Below, piece after piece: positions 21,601 through 32,300 of a stretch of DNA of 64,000 bases. The notes below the pieces were generated by a model, which had not been told where the DNA came from, searched no databases, and worked only from the letters and a program-made list of their open reading frames with translations. Origin of the DNA: Antedon mediterranea (taxonomy: Eukaryota > Animalia > Echinodermata); the NCBI RefSeq assembly GCF_964355755.1, contig NC_092672.1, positions 17,063,237-17,127,236 of the forward strand, in the 5' to 3' direction. Every line of letters starts with the position of its first letter. Position 1 is the first letter of the stretch. The position numbers and the translations under genes were made by a program.

Positions 21601-23844
21601 TCAAGCGCAGAAAGCATGTGCCCGTTTACAAAGGGCATCGTGACAGCGTACAATAAACAGTATTCTTTTATCTTCTTCTTGCACGCTGCTAAAAACGTGC
21701 TCGTTCTTTCTAACCTGACGTTCTTCTTGGCTCGTTGTGCATACAACTTTAGCGCAACAGTCCACATTTGTTGTCTGCTGCTGCTGCTCATATGTTTTCG
21801 CGCGAGAGAGATGCAATGGAACGTTTGCAATCATAGCGTACATCTTATCCATTCGTTCTTGTATACTTATGATATTGTTGTTGTAAGAAGAAGAAACGAG
21901 AACGCCCAGCACGGAATCTGTATCAATGCGACAACGTTTTCTTAGACCTCTTAGTAAATCGGTTGCGTCCACTGTCGAATTGCAACAGGCAGCAGCCAAC
22001 GGATGATACGCCACTCCGTTATGTCGGATGTAGTAGGGCACTTGTCGATACAGTCCAAAGGCGATGCACATTTGCTTGTACGCGGCAGAGCTAGTCTCTT
22101 TCTTGGACACTCTACGCATCATTAGCTCGTCTACTTGCTGCGAGTCTTTCAGTTTAAAGACAAGTGTTTGCATGATGTCGATGCACGTATCTATGGCCGC
22201 GTTGCAATCGCGTTCCTTCAGAGCAGTTTCAACAAAGTTTTTATCCAGTTCTGTAAGTAATGGTTCAACGTCACATTTTAAGGTGAACATGCCAGTGGTG
22301 CTGATGTTCCCGTCGGCGTGCAAACACGCGTACCTTTTCTTCTTGTTGGTCAATAACAATCGACAGAGTGTCTCTCTGTGTACAAATTTCTGCCAGCTAT
22401 CACCGCCGCCGCCGCCGCCGCCGCCTATAACCTGCGCAAATCTTTCTTCCAAACGTTTTCTGCTGCTGCAACAATCATCAGCTAGTTTCACAAACAATGA
22501 ATCCGTGTCTCCGTACAGAACGCGAGCTCCGTTATCTTCGGCGCATTTCTTTAGACGACAAAGTTGCTGTCTGCATTTCGAGGTCACGTAGTTGTACAGT
22601 TGAACACTGCCGGTAATTACTAGACACCCTATGCATTCGTTGGCGGCTCGTTTGTAGGCAGTCGCGTGCTGCGGATGAGCATCTCGCCCCAACACCAGTC
22701 TCTTCATGATAGACGGCAAAAGACCTTCGCGTACGTTCCGATCGACAAAAGAACCGTCCTCACACATTGTTGAATAGTCTACATTCTTGTCTACTATAAA
22801 GCGTGGATAGTAGGATTTGAAATCGTACACTTCTACGTGTTCGTGAATATCGGGTACAGTTTCCAGTACAAGACCACCTTTAACGTCTCGCGTCGATTTT
22901 CTACGACGAGTGTTTGGGAAAACAGTTTGTCGACGTATAGCCTCGCGGCAAAGCAGGGATGAGAGCACCTGCGTTCTCGATGCGTTCGGGAACACTCCGA
23001 CGAGTCTAGACACGTTCATCAGTGTATCAATCAATTTTTTCGATTCTACCTGTTTGCAATATTCTGGCAAAAGAGACGCGTCGTCTTGCATGGCCCCGTC
23101 CGATACGCTGGCCATCAACTCGAAACAGGATCGTCTACCAACGTACTCGTACAGGGAGTTTGGATCACAACATAACGTGCGCGCATCGTTCGTGGTGTCT
23201 AGACAAATGGGCATGCTATCGATCGGCACGTTCAATGTCTTACATCGTGCTCGTATGCTCGCTCTCACCCATTCTCCGTGATAGACGAGCACGTCAACTG
23301 AATCGAAAGATTTTATGATTCCAAGCAGTATGCTTCGTTCATTGTCGTCTGTTGTTGCTGCTTGTACAACACTCGTACCGTCGTAAGACAGTGCCGCAAT
23401 GATTCGTCCGTATACGTTCAATCTAATGATCAAGTAGAGAACGGACAGTTTTACAGGATGTATTTTTTCGCATTCAAAGTGCACTTGCTCATCATAGTGT
23501 ACGTTCGAAACGAATCCATGCTCATTCAACGAGTATCGATGCCATGCACATCCGTGTACACCGACTGCACACTGAGCGTCCAGATCGTCGTCGACAGATG
23601 GAAGATTGCCGAAAGCGTTTATCATTCTCTTTCTGTTGTTTGATACAACTTTTCTGTATTTTCGATTCGATGCTACGTATTTGTCACCTCTGCTCATTAC
23701 ACAGTCACCGCACACGTCATCTTCAACGTATTCGACGAATTCAACATTGCTTGTCTGCAGCGACAAACGTCGTCCGATCGGGTCTGTACAACGAATTGTC
23801 AGTTTTTTCTGGCAGTATTTCACTCGTGTAAAGTAGGCATGCAT
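21601..23844 (-). CDS. polB: Family B DNA polymerase with a degenerate 3'-5' exonuclease domain
   Basis: KGGLVLE, motif A YDFKSYYP, motif B KRAANECIGCL, motif C YGDTDSLFV and KKKRYA. Confidence 0.95.
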   Translation of the reverse strand: MHAYFTRVKYCQKKLTIRCTDPIGRRLSLQTSNVEFVEYVEDDVCGDCVMSRGDKYVASNRKYRKVVSNNRKRMINAFGNLPSVDDDLDAQCAVGVHGCAWHRYSLNEHGFVSNVHYDEQVHFECEKIHPVKLSVLYLIIRLNVYGRIIAALSYDGTSVVQAATTDDNERSILLGIIKSFDSVDVLVYHGEWVRASIRARCKTLNVPIDSMPICLDTTNDARTLCCDPNSLYEYVGRRSCFELMASVSDGAMQDDASLLPEYCKQVESKKLIDTLMNVSRLVGVFPNASRTQVLSSLLCREAIRRQTVFPNTRRRKSTRDVKGGLVLETVPDIHEHVEVYDFKSYYPRFIVDKNVDYSTMCEDGSFVDRNVREGLLPSIMKRLVLGRDAHPQHATAYKRAANECIGCLVITGSVQLYNYVTSKCRQQLCRLKKCAEDNGARVLYGDTDSLFVKLADDCCSSRKRLEERFAQVIGGGGGGGGDSWQKFVHRETLCRLLLTNKKKRYACLHADGNISTTGMFTLKCDVEPLLTELDKNFVETALKERDCNAAIDTCIDIMQTLVFKLKDSQQVDELMMRRVSKKETSSAAYKQMCIAFGLYRQVPYYIRHNGVAYHPLAAACCNSTVDATDLLRGLRKRCRIDTDSVLGVLVSSSYNNNIISIQERMDKMYAMIANVPLHLSRAKTYEQQQQTTNVDCCAKVVCTTSQEERQVRKNEHVFSSVQEEDKRILFIVRCHDALCKRAHAFCA

Positions 23845-23847
23845 GTT

Positions 23848-24657
23848 TTAGTGCACGGGACGTAGAAAGAGTTTCTTACAAAGACCGTGCTGGGTTGCGG
23901 CCACCTGATTGCTTTTAATTGTTCCGTTGGCAAGAGTCAACATGGACATTAAATCGTGTTTTGTTGAATACGAATGAAACACTTTACAGAGTGACTGAAT
24001 AAACTTATACTGACGGTCCAGGGTCGAATACGTAATGGATACGTCACAGCCTCTCGGCAACGATTGAGGCTGCACGACAATTGTTTCGTCTACTTGACAA
24101 GCTTGTATGAAAAAGAGTTTAGGTTTTCCGTTCAACGTTTCACATTTTTCGAAACAGTCGACGATTTCAGTGACATTGACAGTACCGTGAGTGAGAATGC
24201 ACACGGCAATGCAATCTAGTCTAGAGTGATCGTATTCACTTAGACGTGTGAGCAACGTCTTCGTTTCTATGGACGTCAGATTGTGATTAACAGACAGTTG
24301 GAAGCCGAGATAATTGAAGACATTTTCAAGCGCTGCACAATCATCATCATCATCATCATCATCATCATAATTGTTGATGATTACTGTGAAACCGCGCGGA
24401 TTTGAAGTCATCTTGTACTCGTTCAATCCGCCATCATGGATAGAATCGATAAATGCATTGTACGCAAAACTACCTCGTGTTTCGATGTCGATCAACAATC
24501 GTTCACGAGCGTTCGTGTTAGATAAAATTGCATCCATCTTCTTGGTCGAATACACGCCTTTCTGTACCAATTTCTCCATTACTTCTCTAATGCTGTTTAT
24601 GTTACGAATAAAATAGAGACGATTTTGACGCAATTTTTTCTTGTCTGATCTGTTCAT
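23848..24657 (-). CDS. CARD-containing caspase-like protein (caspase-2/9-like architecture)
   Basis: N-terminal CARD-like segment (LRQNRLYFI...LLIDIETRGSFAYNAFIDSI), then YKMTSNPRGFTVIINN, CIAVCILTHG (His), GKPKLFFIQACQ (Cys) and LCKKLFL. Confidence 0.9.
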   Translation of the reverse strand: MNRSDKKKLRQNRLYFIRNINSIREVMEKLVQKGVYSTKKMDAILSNTNARERLLIDIETRGSFAYNAFIDSIHDGGLNEYKMTSNPRGFTVIINNYDDDDDDDDDCAALENVFNYLGFQLSVNHNLTSIETKTLLTRLSEYDHSRLDCIAVCILTHGTVNVTEIVDCFEKCETLNGKPKLFFIQACQVDETIVVQPQSLPRGCDVSITYSTLDRQYKFIQSLCKVFHSYSTKHDLMSMLTLANGTIKSNQVAATQHGLCKKLFLRPVH

Positions 24658-24718
24658 TTTATTTAGTAATTTAACCACAAGTCGTCAGAGTGCAATCTGA
24701 ACGTCAATCATTATTAGT

Positions 24719-25756
24719 GTGCCTTTTTATGTGAATTATGGAATTATGTTTGCGCTCAGTTTGAAATCGCCACACGTTCCAACAAAGGCGCATTTGATAG
24801 CTTCCGATTTCAGCGGTACGTCGAGAACGATCACTAGCACTGCATCATTTCATCAAAGCCAACAGGATACGTATGAATTCGAACTTTGGTTTCGAACGTG
24901 CTCGCCTAAAGAGATTCGACGAATTGCCATCGCGTTAGAGCTTCGAGACGGTAGGCATAACTTTGGCGCACGTGTGTACAATTTCTGTGAAAACCAACGG
25001 TTGTACGATGACGGAGTTTCCATTGTTTTGACAGTGATAGAAGCGGAACGACGCCATCGCACTCGTCTTGTTGTCGACGAAGATCAACTACTCGCTTCAC
25101 GTTCGGACATGGTGAAAACACAGACTTGTATGTTTCCGTTATGGAAAATGACTGCGCTGTGTTGTAACGAAAAAGAACGAGACGATTTCTTCCAGTACAA
25201 CAAGTTTCTGGACAACAAGCTGGCAATCGATTCGACAGTTTCTCCGAGTAGTAATAGAGAGCACAGACTGTTGCGATTGATACGCTTGATTCCATCGTTG
25301 ATGCTTGTGCGCCGGGACGTTCGTCTTTTGTTAAGCGTTGGAATACTGTTGGATGCAGCCGAATACAGTGGATTTTGCGAAACGTTCCAGAGATGGCGTC
25401 CGTGCGTGGACGTTTCAAACGATGAATACAATGTCGGTCTGTACGATCCGCAACAAAACCTAGTGTTCACGGGCGATAATCACCGACAGCGCGTGGGCGT
25501 AGAAGGAATCGTTCTTTGGAAGACAAGAGAATGCGTACTATGGAACGGAAAAGCAGTGCCGCCTGAAATCAAGGAAGCGTGCACGAGAGAAGCTTCCACG
25601 ATGTTTCCACTGTCCATACCTCCGTTTGTCAAGTTCCATGAATGCATCGTGGACGATGTGCATTACTTTGACGTATTTTCTTACAGTGACGTTTGTGTAC
25701 GACGAGCCGCGTCCTCCTTGACAACGATGGGAACAATCAGAACGGTGAACCGTTGA
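24719..25756 (+). CDS. Hypothetical protein
   Basis: 345-codon ORF. No family recognised and the exact start is uncertain. Confidence 0.7.
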   Translation: MPFYVNYGIMFALSLKSPHVPTKAHLIASDFSGTSRTITSTASFHQSQQDTYEFELWFRTCSPKEIRRIAIALELRDGRHNFGARVYNFCENQRLYDDGVSIVLTVIEAERRHRTRLVVDEDQLLASRSDMVKTQTCMFPLWKMTALCCNEKERDDFFQYNKFLDNKLAIDSTVSPSSNREHRLLRLIRLIPSLMLVRRDVRLLLSVGILLDAAEYSGFCETFQRWRPCVDVSNDEYNVGLYDPQQNLVFTGDNHRQRVGVEGIVLWKTRECVLWNGKAVPPEIKEACTREASTMFPLSIPPFVKFHECIVDDVHYFDVFSYSDVCVRRAASSLTTMGTIRTVNR

Positions 25757-26400
25757 TATTCATCAGAGAGATTCTTGGCAATTATTTTGTGATTGATTTC
25801 GGTGGTTAGTTTGTTTTTGTTTAAGTTGAACAATTGCAACTGTCGAATCATTTGACACAGCGAACCGGTCACTCCATTTTCGACGACAATGGTGACAAAT
25901 TTGTGGCAATTTAGATTGTATTCATTTGTCAGTTGCTTTTTGAGTTTATTATCGAGGAAATTGAACGTTTCTTCGACCAACAGGCGGAACCAGAAAGCAA
26001 CGCCGTAGTAACTTGACAGTCCGTTGATTGTACGTTCGTTCCTCAATTCGGTTATGGGCACGTTCACAACGCTGGCGTACATTTCGACCAACTGCTCGAT
26101 GGGCGATGGATCCTCTTGCAAATCTCGAACGTGTGCATCGGTTTCAAGTCGATTTTGAAGTTCGTCTCGTTCGTCGCTAACACTTTCCAGTTGACTTTTC
26201 AACTGTCGGTTGACGTTCGATAGCCTCGCGTTCTCATCGCTGGTCAATCTAAAACTGTTAATCAGCTTAGCGTACCTCTCACTCAACTCTGTAAATCGTG
26301 AATCTGTTAAAGTAGTATCATTATCATTATCATCATCATCATCATCATTGTCGTCGTCAGAAATAGGCAATCGCAGTAAGGGTATACGCAGTGTGGACAT
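25681..26400 (-). CDS. Hypothetical coiled-coil protein
   Basis: ATG at 26400 after a (CA)n tract. Contains a poly-D tract and a heptad-like region (ENARLSNVNRQLKSQLESV...). Confidence 0.7.
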   Translation of the reverse strand: MSTLRIPLLRLPISDDDNDDDDDDNDNDTTLTDSRFTELSERYAKLINSFRLTSDENARLSNVNRQLKSQLESVSDERDELQNRLETDAHVRDLQEDPSPIEQLVEMYASVVNVPITELRNERTINGLSSYYGVAFWFRLLVEETFNFLDNKLKKQLTNEYNLNCHKFVTIVVENGVTGSLCQMIRQLQLFNLNKNKLTTEINHKIIAKNLSDEYQRFTVLIVPIVVKEDAARRTQTSL

Positions 26401-26434
26401 TTCTAAAGTGTGTGTGTGCGCCTGTGTGTTTGTG

Positions 26435-26785
26435 ATGAATCGATGTACGCAAATGGATGTATGCAGATTCTTTTCGGAAAAGTACAGAGTAGATGACTTT
26501 GTAGAGAACGATGTGAACGGAGTCGTGTCTATGGCCACCGATCGATACGTTAAGAGTGTTGACAGTCTATGCGCTTCTTTGAAGAACTTGAAATGTCAGC
26601 GAAATGCAACAGTTAAAGTTACATCACCAGCACCACCATCATCATCATCATCATCGTTGAATGTTGATCATCTTGCATCACCACCGCCACTGGCTGAGAT
26701 GCAGATACCGTATTGGTTCGATGAACTGGAGCGTTCGATGAAAGGAAAACGAACGTGGTTCAGTGTCAACTATCGCATTATGTAA
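26435..26785 (+). CDS. Small hypothetical protein
   Basis: ATG at 26435, divergent from the 26400 gene. It fills the gap before the protease gene. Confidence 0.45.
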   Translation: MNRCTQMDVCRFFSEKYRVDDFVENDVNGVVSMATDRYVKSVDSLCASLKNLKCQRNATVKVTSPAPPSSSSSSLNVDHLASPPPLAEMQIPYWFDELERSMKGKRTWFSVNYRIM

Positions 26786-28110
26786 TTCTGATGAGTAGCT
26801 TGCCAATAATTGAATCCGTCGTCTTTGAACGCAAACGATGCATCCACTGTCTGTGATGGTGGTGGTGGTGGTGGTGGAGGTGGGGCTAGCAGTTGTTTGC
26901 CCAACATTTCTGTAAGTTTCTCGAGACTGTTTATACGTTTTTCAAATTCATCGTCTGTGGTGGTGGCTGCTGCTGCGGCGGCGGCGGCGGTGGCTTTAAG
27001 TTTTTTCTCTGGCGGTTCATTCGTTTCGTGTTTACGTTTTCTATTACCATGATCGTTCATTGTATTATTTTTGATTCGTTGTTCGACTGTTTTGAAGTAA
27101 TCGTTGCAGACGTTAATCGTATTCTCGTTGTTTTTTGTCAACAATCGCTTGTGAATGTCTAGTATTTCGCTCAATGATGTAGCGTTTGTAACGTTCACTT
27201 GATCTTCCATTTTTGGAAAACGGCGCTTGAGCAAATCACCCAATTCGGTCTTGTTTGCCATGTTCGAGGTGGCATCATCGATGAGATCATTGGCGGCCTT
27301 AAACGAGGCGGCAACGTCAATACCAGGATCCGTGTCCCATCGATCCGTCACCGCTTTAAAGTCTTTCATTTGCTTATTGTATTCAGGTCCGAGTCTTCCC
27401 TCCATCGTTTCTCTCAAACGGAGTATAAAGTCACCGAATTGTTCACGCAAGAGATCCACCTCTTCCTTGATTTCTTGTTTGTCTTTTACGTTGCTCTCTT
27501 CCTTGTCTTTCAACAGCGAGAGTAGAGCATCGAGTTTTTCCGGTGGTAACGTGTTCGCCATATCTTTCACTACTTCCAATTCCGCCAGCAAATTTTCTTC
27601 CTTCTTCACAGACATTGCACCTTCTTTTTCCTCTTTTACTTTGCGACGACGTTTATATCCGAATCTTTTTTCTGCTGTACGTCTGGCGCTGCGCTCGTCA
27701 CTACAGAACACGGCCACTGTACCTTTTCGTTGACCAGTCTCCACGAGAGAAACTTCAACGCATTTAGTGTGATCGGCGCGTCTGTAGCTGAGTGACAGAC
27801 AGTTTAGATGCTGTGAGAATGGACTGCGTAAAAACGGTTCATTCGTGATCTCTATAAGAACGGCCACTGCACCTGTTCCTTCTTCGTGTGCGTCTGGATG
27901 TGTATTGTCTCGCCACCAATCTAGAACCGTACCGATGCCTCCCGATGAATGTATTCCAACACCGTTCTTACGTGCTTTCACGTGTTTCCATCGAACCGGC
28001 AATCCGATGAGTTTCCATCGATCTATCACGTCAGGCGTTACATCATATTCTTTGTCAACGACCACCGCTGTCACTTCTGTCACCACGTATCCGACAACGA
28101 AACGTTTCAT
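26770..28110 (-). CDS. Capsid maturation protease (assemblin/HK97 prohead protease family) fused to a scaffold protein
   Basis: LPVRWKH (His), IGTVLDWW, LSLSY (Ser) and EVSLVETGQRKGT (oxyanion loop), followed by a helical scaffold with a VDA/S site 22 aa from the C-terminus. Confidence 0.85.
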   Translation of the reverse strand: MKRFVVGYVVTEVTAVVVDKEYDVTPDVIDRWKLIGLPVRWKHVKARKNGVGIHSSGGIGTVLDWWRDNTHPDAHEEGTGAVAVLIEITNEPFLRSPFSQHLNCLSLSYRRADHTKCVEVSLVETGQRKGTVAVFCSDERSARRTAEKRFGYKRRRKVKEEKEGAMSVKKEENLLAELEVVKDMANTLPPEKLDALLSLLKDKEESNVKDKQEIKEEVDLLREQFGDFILRLRETMEGRLGPEYNKQMKDFKAVTDRWDTDPGIDVAASFKAANDLIDDATSNMANKTELGDLLKRRFPKMEDQVNVTNATSLSEILDIHKRLLTKNNENTINVCNDYFKTVEQRIKNNTMNDHGNRKRKHETNEPPEKKLKATAAAAAAAATTTDDEFEKRINSLEKLTEMLGKQLLAPPPPPPPPPSQTVDASFAFKDDGFNYWQATHQNYIMR

Positions 28111-28714
28111 ACCACAATCGGTTCTTCTTTTTAGTATTTCTCTTCTTCTTATTCTTCTTCTTCTTCTTCTTCTTCTCCTTGCTCTTAATGTAGCGCATCG
28201 CTAAGGTGTATCTTTCTGTTTTCAAATGTGCCAAATCTGTTTTATCATCTTCCTCTATTATAACGTTTTGAACGGTTAACGTTTTCTCTTTCAGATCGAC
28301 GACAGCTTCCATGTCGAAAGACATGCACAACAGTTGAACGGTGAACCAGTCTATGTGTTTGACGTCCAGAAACACCGCCACGTCATCATCGATCACGACC
28401 GATGAACAAAACGGAGCTGTGCGTTTTGCCACCAATGCTATGCTCGGATGTGTTTTGTTTCCAAACGATTGATGATCGTAGGGTATACCCAGCTTTGCTA
28501 TTGCACAGTCGCATTGACTTTCACAAGAGAATCGTACCACACCTACAAGACGAGAACAGTCGATGCAACAATGCGTGCCATCTGGACACGATGCAAGTAG
28601 AATTCTCAAATCAAGACTCGATATATTACTTTGCATAACGTTCACTCTCATCGTTTTTGTTTTTGTTTTTGCAAATTTTCTGAATCTCGTAAATATGAAT
28701 TCTCTAGTGTACAA
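28055..28714 (-). CDS. Hypothetical protein with a Lys-rich C-terminus
   Basis: 219-aa ORF. The true start may be the downstream MRVNVM. Confidence 0.55.
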   Translation of the reverse strand: MYTREFIFTRFRKFAKTKTKTMRVNVMQSNISSLDLRILLASCPDGTHCCIDCSRLVGVVRFSCESQCDCAIAKLGIPYDHQSFGNKTHPSIALVAKRTAPFCSSVVIDDDVAVFLDVKHIDWFTVQLLCMSFDMEAVVDLKEKTLTVQNVIIEEDDKTDLAHLKTERYTLAMRYIKSKEKKKKKKKNKKKRNTKKKNRLWYETFRCRIRGDRSDSGGR

Positions 28715-28909
28715 TAAAAGTACAACAATTTTAGTGTTGTCAAGACTCGACTTTTCATAACGTTTACCAAGATATTATTATCTCGAAGAAACAAAAAAAA
28801 AATAAAAATAAAAATCACAAACAAACGTTTGACTTTCCTAATAATATATGGGTCGCCTTGTGTCGCAAAAGCTATATTGCTATAATTAGCTTTGAAAGTT
28901 GGAATAGTC

Positions 28910-29290
28910 AATCTAATCACGATCTAGAGTAGAAGTGAGTTATCTTAACAGATTGTGTGCTCAAAATAATCCATTAATCAACATAATTATGCATTTTTAA
29001 TTGTTGATTTTATATATGAAGATGATAATAAAATTGAAAGAAATTAAAGTGTAATCTTTATTCGTATTCATTGTTCAAGTGTGTAAAATTTAATGTAGAT
29101 CCATTAATAATAACTAATGGTATCCAAGGAGAATGTGTTGTGGATGGATATTGAATAGAACCACTGAACTTCAAAGGCTGTTTTCTAATTGTTGATAATC
29201 TATCGGAAGTAATCTATAAGATAAGATAATTTTTAAGATAATCATATCTTAATTGCCTTGAAAGAAATTATAAAGCCAGTTATTTCATAT
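28910..29290 (-). repeat. Inverted, diverged copy of the ~6470-6870 segment
   Basis: GATCTAGAGTAGAAGTGAGTTATCTTAACAGATTGTGTGCTCAAAATAATCCATTAATCA is close to the reverse complement of ~6795-6856. The match continues to TTGCCTTGAAAGAAAT. Confidence 0.88.
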
Positions 29291-29341
29291 TTCTTTTATT
29301 TCTAAAACTTAATTCGTGAATAAGATTAATGACACAAATAT

Positions 29342-32300
29342 TTAAGATATGATTTTTGGAGTAAACGACGACGGTAGTTGAGCTTCATGATTATCCGATA
29401 TCTTATTCTCTGTGGCGAGTTTAGCAATAAACAAATCAACATCTTCGGTGACATCTTCAGACGTGTCCGAGTACCAGTTTACTAGACCGAGCTCGTACGG
29501 TTTGTTGTTGGCGTTAGTTCTCGAGCAATTTATACTCATATCCTTTTGTTTGTACAATTTCTTCACAGAGTCCTTTAATCGATCTAAATCCTGTTGGCAC
29601 GTTACGGCAACATGATGTCCAGTTTTTGCATTGAACACGTCGTCATCATAATCGTCAACGTCTCCCTCGAAATTTGCTTGAACAAGTTTCATTCTAATCA
29701 CGTTCAACGCGTCCGCATCGTGAATGGTGACACGACACGTGGGACATTCAACTCGGTTGGCTCTCGTGTCTTTGGCACGATTTCGTATCATCTCTCGAAT
29801 GCAGGACATGTGAAATATGTGCGCACCGTTCCAATCGACTGTGCTGCATGCTGTAAAGTCTCCTCCGCTTGCAATTGTAGCACAAGGCAAAGCTTCGAGA
29901 GAACGACATCCAAATTCGTACATGCATATGGCACAGGTTTCACGCTGTAATTCCACAACTTCTTTCGCGTACGACGAGGAGTTATCGTCAGATTCGTTGT
30001 ATTCCATGGTAATTGATAGCCGACCGGACGGTGGTATATCTACAATTGCTTGTCTGTCGGATGGTGTTTCGTAGGCATCCGACTCGTTCACCTCGACAAC
30101 TCTTCGGAAAGGATCGAAACGAGAGTACTTTCGTTTCGCATACAGTCTGTTGAGTTGACCGGATTGATTAGAGTTGAAGAATTTGAAGACATCGGCAAAT
30201 ATGGCCACAACAGCTTTTCGACGTTCATCTTCTTTGTCGAGTCGTGCAACGTTTTGCAATTGACCAAAGCAGTATTTGAAGGTGGCTCGTTGACCGGCGT
30301 CACTGAGTCGAAACTTTGTTCTTGTAAAATTCACTATATTGTTCATGGCGATGGCGGCGGTGGCTTGATCAAATTGTGAGTGTTTGTCCATGACACCGTC
30401 AACGATGTTTTTAATCTCTTTGAACGCGTCCAGTCTATGCACACGGATTTCGGTCGGTTTCAGGAGCACTAAACTATGAGACTCGTTATCGTCATCATCG
30501 TCGTCGTCGTTGCCACGACCTCTACGCAATTCGCAATAACGATGGTCTTCTTTTTCATCATCATCATCCTTGTCTTCTTCTTCTTCTTCTTCATCGCTGT
30601 TGTTGTGAACGGCATCGGTGGTGGCTTTCAGTCGTTCTGTAACGTTTCGAATTGCAATCTCACCTTCGGGGTCCAATTGACGACTTGATAATCTAACTGC
30701 GTTCAGCATTTGACGTCTGGCGCTGCTCTGTAATGCCTCGCCGTCGTATGCCAACGTTTTGTTGGTTAAGCTGCTCATGTCCACTCCGTCGTTATTCTCA
30801 ACCGTATGATTGAAATCGGTCTCGTTCATTCGCATTAGTTTCACCATCGGATTCTCGTCCACGGTTTTTTTCATGTTCAATATAAAGTTTGTGTCCGTTC
30901 TGTTCTCGTCGATTCTTCTTCGACTGATGGTTGTAGACGTGGCCATGATTGAGTTGTACCGATCTTCGTCAACGATAAATTGTTTGGCCTCTTGCATCGT
31001 TTCTAAACGCCATTGTTTCTGAGCACGGCACGCCTCGTCCAATACTTTCATTTTATTCCACATTTTCAATTCGTTTTCGATGATGTTCAATCGAAACAGA
31101 TTTTCAATGTGTATCTCACAGAATTCTTTTGATCGTTTCACGAAATCCGGATGAATTTCACCGGCTGATAAATCTTCCAGAAAGGGATACTGTGCAAGTA
31201 CTGCATGTTCGTTCACCAGCTCGTACCGTCTACTCGTGTCGGACGTGTCAATGTCGGTGGCTAATTTGATGTCGGCCGTCGTGTAAAGGTGTTCACGTTC
31301 CATGTGCTTGGTACGATTGTAGTCGTTTTTGAACCTATGATTGCACTTTCTGAGCCGACAACGCAGACGTAACATGACGAGCAGTTGTGAATCTTCGTCT
31401 ACGCCGGCTGCAATCACCGTTCGACGCTCGGGCGGTTGATCTTCTGCGCAAATTTCTTTCTCGAAAATTTCGGCACCGATTCTTACCAGCCGTGCTGATC
31501 TCTGATACCAGTCGTATTCTCTCAGATATCTCATGATACCACCACCACCACCACCACCACCACCGATTCCTAAACGTTTTAGCACCGTTCGAGTCAATGT
31601 ACTGAATTTCATGTTACCGTGCCCTTGATCTTCGAGCACCGAGTCTATTGTGGACATGAGGTTGTCGGAAATGAGAACAATGGCCTTTGGTTCGCTCTTG
31701 AAAATATGACATTTCATTGTGCAGCACAACCGCGCCAACATCAACACCGTCATCTGATTCATTCGAGCACTGGCCAGAGGAAACGCTTTGCCGTTCTTGA
31801 CCATGTACTCGTTGAGCATACGCCAGTATTGTTTGGCCATTCGAGTGGACGCGATGGCCACCGATTCAACACGGCCGAAAGCGGCTGCTGAACTGAATTT
31901 GTCTAAAGAACTTGGATCGTGTCCGACGTCCGATAGTTTTCCTCTCAGATTGGCCGCTTTCATCTTTGCTGTCGATCGTAGCGTGTACACGGTGTATCGC
32001 TGCTGATGTTCAGATACCAGTTTGAATAACGTGTCTGCGATTCCAGCACCAATTGGGCGATTTTTCGCCACACTCACCATTTGACTAATTGTGATACAGT
32101 CTTTTTCCAGCACGTGATCGAGTGAACGTATAAATTCGCGCATCGGCATCATTGTCTCCTCTTTAACTTTATCTTCTAGAATTGGCAATTCGGCTCTCTG
32201 ATCGTTGCCAACTCGGTACACTTTCAAATGTTTGTCGCTGATGGATGGATAACACGGTCCGTATCCACCGATAGACGGTCGCGCGACATCACCGTATCGT

